64,000 bases of DNA from an uncultured Gammaproteobacteria bacterium. GTDB lineage: Bacteria > Patescibacteriota > Microgenomatia > Levybacterales > GWA1-39-11. The translations under genes were made by a program, and so were the position numbers. This document shows, piece by piece, positions 7,621-16,665 of this stretch (positions within the stretch are counted from its first letter, which is position 1; each line of letters begins with the position of its first letter). The notes under the pieces were generated by a model. That model worked only from the letters and a program-made list of their open reading frames with translations. It ran no database searches and was not told the origin of the DNA. The stretch spans positions 13,410 to 77,409 of the forward strand of contig CAZEEU010000003.1 of assembly GCA_964511305.1 (NCBI GenBank), written 5' to 3'.

Positions 7621-8760
7621 ATGCATTCCCTCCTGTCCAAGGTGCTCGCTATTTTTCTCTTTGCAATTCTTGCAGTTCTTCTCGTTATAAATGCTCCAGA
7701 TGCACAAGCCGCAACAGCAAATACCGTAGTTATTTCTGAGGTCTCTATATCGGGAGCCACGACAAGTGACGAGTTTGTAGAGCTTTACAATCCTACAAAT
7801 AACGACATTAGTCTTCAAAGCTGGAGATTGACCAAAAAAACCGAAGCAGGAAATGAATCGAATCTTGTCTCCTCTCTTTCCGGAACTATTAAAGCTCGTG
7901 GTTATGTATTAATAACTCCTCAGAGTGGATATATGGGTAATGCTGCAGCTGATAAAACTTTTTCAGTCGCAGGAGCTCAGCTAGCTTCAAATAACACAGT
8001 GCTTTTATATAGTGATGCGGGTATGACTCTAGTTGATAAGGTAGGCTTTGGAACTGCTAGTGACCGTGAAGGCTCAGCTTCTGCAAATCCAAATACTGGT
8101 GAGAGTCTTGAAAGAAAAGCTAATTCTCTATCAACCTACACAAGCATGTCAAGCGGAGCTGATATGCTCATGGGGAACGGAGAGGACACAAATAATAATA
8201 TCTCCGACTTTATCGTTAGGATAGTTGCACAACCACAAAACAGTGTTTCAGCGCTTGAACCAGTTCCAACCCAAACGCCTACCGTCACAGTCACATCGAC
8301 TCCAACTACGACACCAACAGTAACTATTACTCCAACTGCAACTCCTACTCCCACAATGACTCCTACACCAACTGTTACGGCTACACCTACTGTTACCCCC
8401 ACAGCAACGCCAAGCGTTACTCCAACAATGACACCAACCCCAACTGCCACTCCTACTCCAACCGCAACACCAACCCCAACTATGACTCCAACTCCAACCG
8501 TTACTGTCACTCCTACGGCAACGCCTAGCGTCACACCAACACCTACTACTACCCCTACGATGACACCTACCCCAACACTGACAGTTACCCCTAGTGTTAC
8601 TAGTACACCAACGCCTAGCATCACAATGACTCCTACTCCAACTCCAGTTGCTACATTCCCAACCTTCAAGCTTGTATGTACAAACAAAATTCTTAGCTTC
8701 AATATCCTTTCAATACACTTCAGTGTTCCTCTTCTTACTTGCAACGTAGTAAAACTCTAA
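7621..8760 (+). CDS. secreted lamin-tail-domain (LTD) protein with a long Pro/Thr-rich repetitive linker and a short hydrophobic C-terminus
   Basis: Signal-peptide-like N-terminus; [35 protein letters not shown] is the LTD core; ~130 aa of (T/V/S/M)PT repeats. Confidence 0.65.
   Translation: MHSLLSKVLAIFLFAILAVLLVINAPDAQAATANTVVISEVSISGATTSDEFVELYNPTNNDISLQSWRLTKKTEAGNESNLVSSLSGTIKARGYVLITPQSGYMGNAAADKTFSVAGAQLASNNTVLLYSDAGMTLVDKVGFGTASDREGSASANPNTGESLERKANSLSTYTSMSSGADMLMGNGEDTNNNISDFIVRIVAQPQNSVSALEPVPTQTPTVTVTSTPTTTPTVTITPTATPTPTMTPTPTVTATPTVTPTATPSVTPTMTPTPTATPTPTATPTPTMTPTPTVTVTPTATPSVTPTPTTTPTMTPTPTLTVTPSVTSTPTPSITMTPTPTPVATFPTFKLVCTNKILSFNILSIHFSVPLLTCNVVKL
8268..8660. repeat. imperfect short tandem repeats encoding a Pro-Thr (TPTxTPT) low-complexity linker
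   Basis: Repeated acNccNac(a/t)ccaac(t/a)g-type units across ~390 bp. Confidence 0.8.
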
Positions 8761-8805
8761 TTCTTGTAGTCCAACCTCAAATACTGTACGCTTTTAATAC
8801 GATCA

Positions 8806-9852
8806 ATGGACAATTTAGACAAAAATTTAATTGAAGACTTAAAGGCAGAATCACTTCGTTATATACCTGATAATATCCCTGGATTTTTCAGACAAAAAAA
8901 TCGTAATACTTTTTCGTACTACGATATGACAGGAAATAAAATTAAAGACGAAAAAACACTTACTAGAATCCAAAAGCTGGTTATTCCACCAGCGTGGAGA
9001 AATGTTTGGATTTGCCCTCGTGCAAATGGGCATCTACAAGCAACAGGAATAGATGAAAAAGGCCGCAAACAATATATTTATCATGAAGACTGGGTAAAGA
9101 TAACTCAGCAGAATAAATTCTCCAAAATGATAGATTTTGGCCTATCTTTACCTCAGATACGTCAAAAAGTGAGACATGATATGGGAATGTCTGGCCTGGA
9201 TAAAAGACAAATAATAGCAACAATTGTGTGGCTCCTAGAGCATACGTTTGTCAGAATTGGCAACGAAGAATATAAGAAAGAGAATGATTCATATGGGCTA
9301 ACAACTCTTCATAATCGTCATGTAAAAGTGAAAGGCAATGATATGGTATTTAGGTTCCGGGGAAAGCATGGAGTGGAAAGCATTATTGAAGTAACCAACC
9401 CCATAATTGCCAAAACTATTAAGAAATGTATTGAGCTTCCTGGGTATGAGCTTTTTCAATACATTGATGAAGAAGGCAGAAAACATGTTGTTGATTCGCA
9501 GGACGTTAACGAATTCTTAAAAGAGATTACCCAAGATGAGTTCACAGCAAAGGATTTTAGGACTTGGGGAGCAACAAATTTATCTTCGAAAATTCTTAAT
9601 ACTCTTGGGGACGCTGAGAACAAGACCGCGCTACAAAAAAATGTACGATCGATGGTTAAAGAAGTCGCTTCCCACCTCAACAATACAGTAAGCGTATGCA
9701 AAAATTATTACATACACCCAACCGTTATCAAAACGTACACAAAAAAGCTACTTGTGCCACATTTTGACAATCACAAGGACAAAAAACCCATTATAAAAGG
9801 CCTTTCCTGGAATGAGGAAGCACTCATCAAACTTCTTCAAAAGTACTCGTAA
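8806..9852 (+). CDS. type IB DNA topoisomerase (eukaryotic/poxvirus-type TopIB, bacterial ~340-aa form)
   Basis: IPPAWRNVWIC, FRFRGKHG and TAKDFRTWGAT motifs, plus the catalytic-Tyr motif SVCKNYYIHP (compare SKLNYLDPR in human Top1 and the TAKVFRTYNAS region of vaccinia). Confidence 0.85.
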   Translation: MDNLDKNLIEDLKAESLRYIPDNIPGFFRQKNRNTFSYYDMTGNKIKDEKTLTRIQKLVIPPAWRNVWICPRANGHLQATGIDEKGRKQYIYHEDWVKITQQNKFSKMIDFGLSLPQIRQKVRHDMGMSGLDKRQIIATIVWLLEHTFVRIGNEEYKKENDSYGLTTLHNRHVKVKGNDMVFRFRGKHGVESIIEVTNPIIAKTIKKCIELPGYELFQYIDEEGRKHVVDSQDVNEFLKEITQDEFTAKDFRTWGATNLSSKILNTLGDAENKTALQKNVRSMVKEVASHLNNTVSVCKNYYIHPTVIKTYTKKLLVPHFDNHKDKKPIIKGLSWNEEALIKLLQKYS

Positions 9853-9853
9853 A

Positions 9854-10276
9854 TTAAAAACCTGTTTCGCCTTCAGCCTTCATTTCTTTGTCTGCATTAT
9901 GAGAAACATTTCCGTCCATATCTACAGAGTCACCGTCTTGAAGCAAAACTTCCTTTCCGTCTTTTTGAGTGATTTTCCCCTCTGAATTAATCTTGTCGCC
10001 ATTAGTAAATGACATTTCATGATCTAATGCACTCATAACACCATTCTGAATTACCCAGATAGCGCCATCTTTCATAACAACTCTATTTGCATCAGATTTC
10101 ATTTTCTCCATGGTCATATCTTTATCAGCAACCATTTTATTTAATTCGAGTATCTGTGGTTTGTACTTTGCACGCGCAACTAAATAACCTCCTGCGAATG
10201 CAATCACAAGAGCAATAACGAGCATGATTTTCATAGACTTATCTTTATCTTGTACTGTACTTTTTTTACTAGCCAT
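9854..10276 (-). CDS. small membrane-anchored protein (N-terminal TM, charged C-terminal region), hypothetical
   Basis: 140-aa ORF preceded by a strong SD (aagggggtg, 7 nt before ATG) and a near-consensus promoter. Confidence 0.5.
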   Translation of the reverse strand: MASKKSTVQDKDKSMKIMLVIALVIAFAGGYLVARAKYKPQILELNKMVADKDMTMEKMKSDANRVVMKDGAIWVIQNGVMSALDHEMSFTNGDKINSEGKITQKDGKEVLLQDGDSVDMDGNVSHNADKEMKAEGETGF

Positions 10277-10319
10277 AATAATTCACCCCCTTCGTTGAGA
10301 ATTAAGAATACAGTATTAA

Positions 10320-10348
10320 GTATTAAGGATGCGGGAGGGGGATGTCAA
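10320..10348 (-). promoter_or_regulatory. sigma70-like promoter on the minus strand: TTGACA (10348-10343), 17-nt spacer, TAATAC (10325-10320), driving the 9854-10276 gene
   Basis: Reverse complement of 10311-10349 reads cTTGACAtccccctcccgcatcctTAATACt. Confidence 0.35.
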
Positions 10349-10473
10349 GTTGAAGGGAGAGAAAAAGGAAGCGATGCCTCTATCACTCAGGGGTATTGCC
10401 AAAGCTACAGTGGAAAGTACTCACGTACTATCTTTACAGATTTGGCAATATCCCTAGAAGCTCAGAGACATAT

Positions 10474-11292
10474 TTACAAAGGAAAATACTCTCTAACTAT
10501 TTTTACGCTTTTAGCGATGTCTCTGTAGTACTTTTCTCTTGCGTTAAGGATGCGAGGGCATAACTCTAGATTTATTAGCCCATCATATTTTGTTTCCTTA
10601 AGATAGGTTAAAAAACTATGATAATTGAGGTCACCATCTCCGAGCCCCATATGTTCTTTCTTTTTTGTGTAATCAGAAAGGTGAATATTTCTTAAAAATG
10701 GACTTATCTCGGCATATCCGTCCGCCTTTTGAGGTTCTGGCTCCATAAGATGAGATATATCTAATGTAAAACCGAAATGATATTTTTTACATAAAGTATC
10801 GAAGTATTCTAAATCTGTTGCGCTATCATGGTGTTTTTTACTCACATAGTGAAGCATTGGCATTAGTTGGTATACATTTGTCATATTCTCAATAAGAATG
10901 TCTACTTCATATTTTTTTCCCATTTCTACAAGCCACTTGTAATAAGCCTTGGACTTATCAGAGTTAATATGTTGATTGGCGAGGGGATGAGCGACGAATT
11001 TTGCATCAAATTTCTTTGCAAAATAAAGGGCCTTTTCATCCTGCCAGAATCCAGCAACCGACCATGCAGGTTGATGAATTGAAAGTATTGGTACACTATA
11101 TCTCTTTGAAAGCCTCACAAGCTTGCTAAGGTAAAATCGTGTTTTCCATCCAACTACAACCTCTAGACCATCAACTTTAAGATGTGAAGCAAGCAAGAAG
11201 TACTCTTCAAGAGCAATACCAAGAGGAATATCTGCGATTGAAAAAGTTAGTCGAGGGCCTTTCTTTGGTAAATCCATACCATATTCTATCAC
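10474..11292 (-). CDS. sugar phosphate isomerase/epimerase, xylose-isomerase-like TIM-barrel (AP endonuclease family 2) protein
   Basis: 272 aa with a spaced H/D/E pattern typical of the family (HLMEPE..., IHLSDY..., LELCP); weak by-eye assignment. Confidence 0.45.
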   Translation of the reverse strand: MIEYGMDLPKKGPRLTFSIADIPLGIALEEYFLLASHLKVDGLEVVVGWKTRFYLSKLVRLSKRYSVPILSIHQPAWSVAGFWQDEKALYFAKKFDAKFVAHPLANQHINSDKSKAYYKWLVEMGKKYEVDILIENMTNVYQLMPMLHYVSKKHHDSATDLEYFDTLCKKYHFGFTLDISHLMEPEPQKADGYAEISPFLRNIHLSDYTKKKEHMGLGDGDLNYHSFLTYLKETKYDGLINLELCPRILNAREKYYRDIAKSVKIVREYFPL

Positions 11293-11298
11293 TAATCA

Positions 11299-11913
11299 TT
11301 GTATACTAGCCTCATGTATTCAGAAGCAATTTCTCATTTTAAAAAAGTTGATCCCTTACTCTACGAGTTGGCACGTAGTATCGATCCTATTGTGCTCGAA
11401 AAAAGTCAAAATCATTTTATCCGACTTGTTAGGGCAATAGTTGGCCAACAGTTATCTGTAAAAGCAGCTTCAACAATATTTGGAAGATTTGAAAAGTTAT
11501 TCAAAAAAGAAATCAATGCCAAAGAAATATTGAGCCTCCCTGATGATGATATAAGAGCCTGTGGAATCTCGTATCCGAAAATAAAATATATAAAAGATCT
11601 TTCGGAGAAGGTGCAGGCAAAAGAATTATTGCTCGAAACTTTTGAAGAAGCTGAAGAGTCAACGATTATTGAAAATCTAACTAAAGTAAAGGGAATAGGG
11701 ACATGGTCTGCTGAGATGTTCTTGATGTTTGCTCTCGCACGTCCAGATGTATTCTCAGTCGGTGACTTGGGGCTTCGCAATGCAATGATAAAACTCTACG
11801 GATTAAAAAAGCCTACTGATAAAAAGCTTTTGGCAATATCAAAGAAATGGAGTCCATATAGAACATATGCGTGCAGAATTCTGTGGCAAAGCCTTGATAA
11901 CTCTCCGAAATAA
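11299..11913 (+). CDS. HhH-GPD DNA glycosylase, AlkA-like (DNA-3-methyladenine glycosylase II)
   Basis: KGIGTWSAEMFLMFALARPDVFSVGDLGLRNAM is the helix-hairpin-helix plus Gly/Pro-rich loop with the catalytic Asp. Confidence 0.7.
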   Translation: MYTSLMYSEAISHFKKVDPLLYELARSIDPIVLEKSQNHFIRLVRAIVGQQLSVKAASTIFGRFEKLFKKEINAKEILSLPDDDIRACGISYPKIKYIKDLSEKVQAKELLLETFEEAEESTIIENLTKVKGIGTWSAEMFLMFALARPDVFSVGDLGLRNAMIKLYGLKKPTDKKLLAISKKWSPYRTYACRILWQSLDNSPK

Positions 11914-12342
11914 CTAGTACCCTATTTTCTTAAGAATTTTCATATAAGCCTTCGTAGGCACTGAAAGATCCATTTTCCCCATCTCAGAAAGCGTGAACCA
12001 TCCCAACGCACTACATTTTTCTGGCTCTTTTATTGTTGGCTTTCCTTTTTTTATTCTTGATATAAATCCTGAGGTTATCCAATGCTGTCCTTCTTCTTTA
12101 AGTATATGATCAAGTACTGGAAGCTGTTCATAGGTTGTGATATCAATTCCTAACTCTTCCTTCATCTCGCGCTTTATAGTTGCCTCCATTGTATCCCCAA
12201 ATTCTACTCCACCTCCTGGAAATTCCCACTTCCCCCGCTCATTTTTAGCCTTTGGCCCACGTTGAGAAAGCAACATCTTGCCATCTTTATCAACTATTAC
12301 TGCACCAATTCCTACGCCAATATAATCAATTCCCTTTTTCAT
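11914..12342 (-). CDS. NUDIX hydrolase
   Basis: Nudix box GKWEFPGGGVEFGDTMEATIKREMKEELGI. Confidence 0.85.
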   Translation of the reverse strand: MKKGIDYIGVGIGAVIVDKDGKMLLSQRGPKAKNERGKWEFPGGGVEFGDTMEATIKREMKEELGIDITTYEQLPVLDHILKEEGQHWITSGFISRIKKGKPTIKEPEKCSALGWFTLSEMGKMDLSVPTKAYMKILKKIGY

Positions 12343-12589
12343 ACCCCAAATATATCACACTACCAAGGGATGGACTAGTGATTAGTGGGTAGTGGGGGAT
12401 GCATTTAAAAAAAGGGGTATGGAAACTGAAATATCGCCTCTTGTATAGAGAAACAGGTAGTTTTGAGGGGTGGCACAGTATTGGGCGCCCATTGAGAACA
12501 TGACGCAAGCGATCTGATACATAATTAATAAGTAGAGTGGGCGGAAATGCTCGCAAATGGGCTAATGCTGTGACAGGACCCCGCGTACA

Positions 12590-13555
12590 TTAGACAATTT
12601 CTACCTCGATCTCGGGGGTGAATCCGAAGGATTCTTGCATCTCTTCTTCAATTTCTGCAATTATTGCTCTCACGTCATGAGCTTTTGCTCCTCCCATATT
12701 CACAATAAAATTCTGGTGTTTCTCGCTGACCCTGGCCGCCCCTATCTGCTTTCCTTTAAATCCAAGCCTATCGATTATGTATCCCATGCTTACCTTTCCA
12801 TGCCACTTACCATCTACTAACTCACGGATGTCATCCCAAGACTCTAAGATTCTATCAACCTCTTCTTTTTTTGAAATATTTTTAAATACGCTTCCGCAAT
12901 TTGGGTAGTCGAGTGGATGCTTATCCTGACGATATGTTATGTTTTCAAAATACTTCTCGTGAGCATTTAATAATTCTTCTTGTGTACCGTCACGCAATTG
13001 AAATTGAGCAGACACCACAATAAGTTTTTCTTTCTTAACTTTGCTTGAACGATACTCAAATTCCATCTCATCATGGTTTAATGTCAGTTCCTCAAAACTT
13101 CCGTCTTCAAGAAGCCTAATACAATGTGCTTTTACAAAAACGTCCTTTATCTCTCCGCCAAATGCCCCCACATTACCTCTTACAGCCGCACCAACGGTTC
13201 CTGGAAGCCCTCCGGCCCATTCTAGACCTACTAGACCTAACTCAAATTGTGCTTGAATTACGCTATCCAAGAACTCTCCTGCAAAACTTTCAATTATTCC
13301 GTTTTCCAAAAATCTAACGCCTTGCCCATCATCTTGTGACTGAAATCTGATAACTGCACCATCAAACCCTTCATCAGGAAAGAGAAGATTAGACCCAAGA
13401 CCCAAGACAAAAACATTCGTAATATTATTCTCCTTTATGTAGGCCAGAGCTTCATATAAATCTTCTTTTGAAGCAACATCAAGAACAATCTTGGCGACGC
13501 CACCAATTTGATACCAGAGAATAGTTGAGAGTAGAACATCGTTATATATCTGCAT
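12590..13555 (-). CDS. murB: UDP-N-acetylenolpyruvoylglucosamine reductase
   Basis: FAD-binding N-terminus (YQIGGVAKIVLDV...VLGLGSNLLF) and C-terminal MurB domain. Confidence 0.85.
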   Translation of the reverse strand: MQIYNDVLLSTILWYQIGGVAKIVLDVASKEDLYEALAYIKENNITNVFVLGLGSNLLFPDEGFDGAVIRFQSQDDGQGVRFLENGIIESFAGEFLDSVIQAQFELGLVGLEWAGGLPGTVGAAVRGNVGAFGGEIKDVFVKAHCIRLLEDGSFEELTLNHDEMEFEYRSSKVKKEKLIVVSAQFQLRDGTQEELLNAHEKYFENITYRQDKHPLDYPNCGSVFKNISKKEEVDRILESWDDIRELVDGKWHGKVSMGYIIDRLGFKGKQIGAARVSEKHQNFIVNMGGAKAHDVRAIIAEIEEEMQESFGFTPEIEVEIV

Positions 13556-13592
13556 AAATTTTAGAAATTAGGTTTTAGGAATTAGAAATTGA

Positions 13593-15377
13593 TTAGAATG
13601 AAGAAGCATCAGCAACATCTTCTTCTTCAAGTCTAAGGAGTCCTTCATCAAGCCTTTTTTGATCCAAGTAGTGGGCAATAAATCCAACCGACCGAGAGAG
13701 TACAAAAAGTGCATTGAAAAATTCTTGCTCAACAAGGTCCAATAGCTGCTCGTCACTGTATCCCTCTTTTTCTGAAAGATAATCAAGAAGGAGTGCTGCG
13801 ATAGTACCATCAACATTCAGAATCAAATTCCCCTTCTTCTCTGTAGTTACCTTTTCTACTTCTAATGCAAAATTTGTAAATCTTTTTTTCTCTAGTCTAT
13901 CCAAAAATCCCTTAAGAGCTGCTACTCTTGGGTCAGGCATATCGGTTCTGTATTTTTTATGCCCAATTCCTTGAATGTAAAGTTTTTTAATAGCAAATTC
14001 TTCAACATAGGAAGAAGCATTTTTCCCGTCAACAACTCCCGAGAACCAATTACGAGCTGCTTCATTAAGAGCTCCTCCAAAACGGGGGCCAATCGTTAAA
14101 AGCCCAGAGGATAGAGAACTCACCAGATCTTTTCCAGCACGAGCACTAACAATGGTATTAAGAGCCCCTGAGACATATGGTCCATGGTCAACACTTATTC
14201 TCAATATAAAGTCCACCAACTCCTCAGTGTCTTGTGACTGAATCTTCTTACCCAAAAACATTGAAGCAATGATCTTTGCAAAACCATTGTTACTTGCAAG
14301 CGATAGCAAATCTTCACCTAAGATTTGCACTTCTCCATCTACATCTTTTGAAATACTTGAGGAAATCAGTGCATGTTTTCGGTCATCCATATTTTCAATT
14401 GTACCATTGACCTCCTTAAAGCTGTAGTCGGGAAGGTCTTGCATCATCTTCACAAATTCAGAAAAACTCTCAGGAACTTGTGCGCCTGCTTTTTTAAGCG
14501 CTTCTCTTTTTTCTTTTGCTCCTTCAGCAGAAGTCCCTGCCATTGCCTTTGCATGACCAAATTGAGGTGGAGTCTCAAAAAGATCCGAAATGGTTCCTGC
14601 TACATAACAAATAACAGGCTTTGTTATATGTCCGATCTCAAGTAGCTTTGCCAATTTATATTCATCTTCCCCTCCAAGTTCCCCATAATACACAATTGCT
14701 TTTGTCTTCTCATCTTTTTGGGCAGCCATGAGAGCGTCTACCGGCTCAAAAAGCGGAAATCTATCTCCACCAAAAGAGAGAGAGAAACTTACTTTATTAT
14801 GCGTCCTGTTAACCGTATTTATAATTTCATTGACCATTCCACCTGATGCTGAAAGCACACAAACCCCTCCTGAGGAAAGCAAACCAGAACTTACAATTTG
14901 TTTTTGACTAACCCCTCCAATTGCACCGACCTTACAACTGCCTGGAATGACAACACCAACGCTTGAAGGACCAACAAGAGATACATTTTTGTCTTTTGCA
15001 TATTCAAAAAGGTCAATAGCATGCTTTTCAGGCACACCTTCTGCAAAAATAGTCCCAAAGATAAGATTTGGGAAAGTGTCTATTGCCTCAATCATAGAAG
15101 TAAGAACTCTCCTCCCAGAACTTACATTGAGTACTGTATTTGTTTGGCTTTTGATCTGAGACGGAATACGACCCAACGTAGGGTAGACCGCTAATAAAAT
15201 TTCTTTTTTACCAAAAAAATATCGGTTAAAATTTCGGCCACTAGCTACAATTGCAACGATTGATGGAGAAGTGCGCCCAACTAAAAAATCGTAGTCAAGC
15301 ATCGACTGAATGATTCCGGGATGATTACCAATAACCACTATCTTAAGTTGTGCCTCTCTTATTTTTTGAATATCCAT
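13593..15377 (-). CDS. aclA: ATP-citrate lyase large (alpha) subunit: succinyl-CoA-synthetase-alpha-like CoA-binding domain with phosphohistidine loop, plus C-terminal citrate-synthase-like domain
   Basis: PSSVGVVIPGSCKVGAIGG; QFGHAKAMAG (ACL His-loop QFGHAGA); C-terminal GIGHKKYRTDMPDPRV (citrate synthase GHRVYK..DPR). Confidence 0.8.
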   Translation of the reverse strand: MDIQKIREAQLKIVVIGNHPGIIQSMLDYDFLVGRTSPSIVAIVASGRNFNRYFFGKKEILLAVYPTLGRIPSQIKSQTNTVLNVSSGRRVLTSMIEAIDTFPNLIFGTIFAEGVPEKHAIDLFEYAKDKNVSLVGPSSVGVVIPGSCKVGAIGGVSQKQIVSSGLLSSGGVCVLSASGGMVNEIINTVNRTHNKVSFSLSFGGDRFPLFEPVDALMAAQKDEKTKAIVYYGELGGEDEYKLAKLLEIGHITKPVICYVAGTISDLFETPPQFGHAKAMAGTSAEGAKEKREALKKAGAQVPESFSEFVKMMQDLPDYSFKEVNGTIENMDDRKHALISSSISKDVDGEVQILGEDLLSLASNNGFAKIIASMFLGKKIQSQDTEELVDFILRISVDHGPYVSGALNTIVSARAGKDLVSSLSSGLLTIGPRFGGALNEAARNWFSGVVDGKNASSYVEEFAIKKLYIQGIGHKKYRTDMPDPRVAALKGFLDRLEKKRFTNFALEVEKVTTEKKGNLILNVDGTIAALLLDYLSEKEGYSDEQLLDLVEQEFFNALFVLSRSVGFIAHYLDQKRLDEGLLRLEEEDVADASSF

Positions 15378-15459
15378 ATTTATTTAATTTTCAAAATCCA
15401 AATTTCAAACTCCAAACATGCTTTCATTTTTTTGATCATTGGTGCTTGGTTTTTGATCA

Positions 15460-16644
15460 TTACTCTGCGTGTCTCAGAGCTGGTTCTACTATGTCAGTTA
15501 GTACGAGCTCGGGTCCATGAATTTCACCCAGTAATTCCGTCTTTTCTAAAAATGATTTCATCATGGATAAGCCCTCTTCCTGATGAGGACCTCCACGTCT
15601 TACAAAGATTTTCACGTTTTGAGATTTCAAATCACCTGAAACCTCACTTAAGGCACGGATTATTCCTTTAAAAGTAATCCTAACGTCAGTGAAATTCGCC
15701 ACACCTCCAGATATAATAATTGATTTATTATGGGACGTGGAGCGGAGTAGGGCAGTCAAAATATTTTTGACATATAAATATGTCTCTTCCTCAGTAGGGC
15801 TTCCACTATATTCACCGTAATTTGCTAACAAATCTCCTTTACCCTTTTGATAAATTTCATCAGCAGTGACTAGTGACGCCCCTCCTCCAGACAACAACAC
15901 AAATATTGATCCATTCGGATTAAGAACCTGGTAGCTAAGCGCTGCAGGGGTGGTCTCTTTGAGTGTTTCTATCGCCCTCTCCTCTTCTGTCTTTATTTTG
16001 CGGCTCCCTTCTCGAAAATCATCTTTACTCCATGCACCTTCTACAAAGAATGAGGCCTCACTATCTACCTCAACTGCCATGTCTAGAAAATAGAATTTAT
16101 CTCCTTTTACAACTAGTGGGTTAATTTCTAAAAATGAAAAGTAATACTCATCAAAGCAGGTTATAATACTTTCAAGAATTTCGACAGAAATCTTTAGAGT
16201 CGTGGCGATATCTTTATATTGCGTGTAGCCAGTCAGAATTGCTGTAGTTACTGAATCCTGATTTGATTCAATTTCTATCCCACCTTGGGTTGAGTAATGG
16301 ACTCTCTTCCCTTCACGTACACGCTCTATTGCTAAGTAAAATTCACCACCCTCATGCTCGATAAATTCTTCAAGAATGAAATAATTAAATCCTTTTTCTT
16401 TTAACTTTTCTATTTCAGAATGAGCATTTGCACGCGTAACATCAAGCACAACTAGTCCATTCTTCTTCCGTTGTTTTACCCCCTGATCAACTTTGAGGAC
16501 ATATCTAACACCCTCTTCCATTTTGGAGAGAAGATCGTCGTAATACTCATCATTAGTATTGACGGTAATGCCTTTATAGGGAAGCTCTAGAAAAGAATAC
16601 ACTATTCTTTTTGCAGCAAACTCGGAGATTTTTTTCCTTGCCAT
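15460..16644 (-). CDS. aclB: ATP-citrate lyase small (beta) subunit, ATP-grasp / SCS-beta-like
   Basis: Aligns segment-for-segment with the N-terminal part of eukaryotic ACLY: YFSFLEINPLVVKGDKFYFLDMAVEVD; LNPNGSIFVLLSGGGASLVTADEI; LANYGEYSGSPTEEETYLYVKNIL; IIISGGVANFTDVRITFKGIIRAL; VKIFVRRGGPHQEEGL. Confidence 0.85.
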   Translation of the reverse strand: MARKKISEFAAKRIVYSFLELPYKGITVNTNDEYYDDLLSKMEEGVRYVLKVDQGVKQRKKNGLVVLDVTRANAHSEIEKLKEKGFNYFILEEFIEHEGGEFYLAIERVREGKRVHYSTQGGIEIESNQDSVTTAILTGYTQYKDIATTLKISVEILESIITCFDEYYFSFLEINPLVVKGDKFYFLDMAVEVDSEASFFVEGAWSKDDFREGSRKIKTEEERAIETLKETTPAALSYQVLNPNGSIFVLLSGGGASLVTADEIYQKGKGDLLANYGEYSGSPTEEETYLYVKNILTALLRSTSHNKSIIISGGVANFTDVRITFKGIIRALSEVSGDLKSQNVKIFVRRGGPHQEEGLSMMKSFLEKTELLGEIHGPELVLTDIVEPALRHAE

Positions 16645-16665
16645 ATCCTTGAATTATACTAAATA

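Noticed and set aside
8136-8744. 202-aa minus-strand ORF rich in GVGV repeats
   Set aside because: It is a shadow ORF on the antisense of the Pro/Thr repeat of the LTD protein. Its composition is fully explained by the sense-strand repeat.
10319-10560. 15-bp direct repeat TTAAGGATGCGRGGG at ~10321 and ~10545 that looked like flanking target-site duplications of a small inserted element
   Set aside because: The second copy lies inside the coding sequence (CPRILNARE) of the 10474-11292 gene. A 15-mer with one mismatch is within chance expectation for 64 kb. No transposase or terminal inverted repeats are present.
12343-12589. tRNA or SRP/tmRNA gene in the GC-rich spacer
   Set aside because: No T-loop (GTTCRANYC), no acceptor-stem complementarity, and no SRP domain-IV or tmRNA tag-frame motifs were found on either strand. 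I kept it only as an unassigned candidate structured region.
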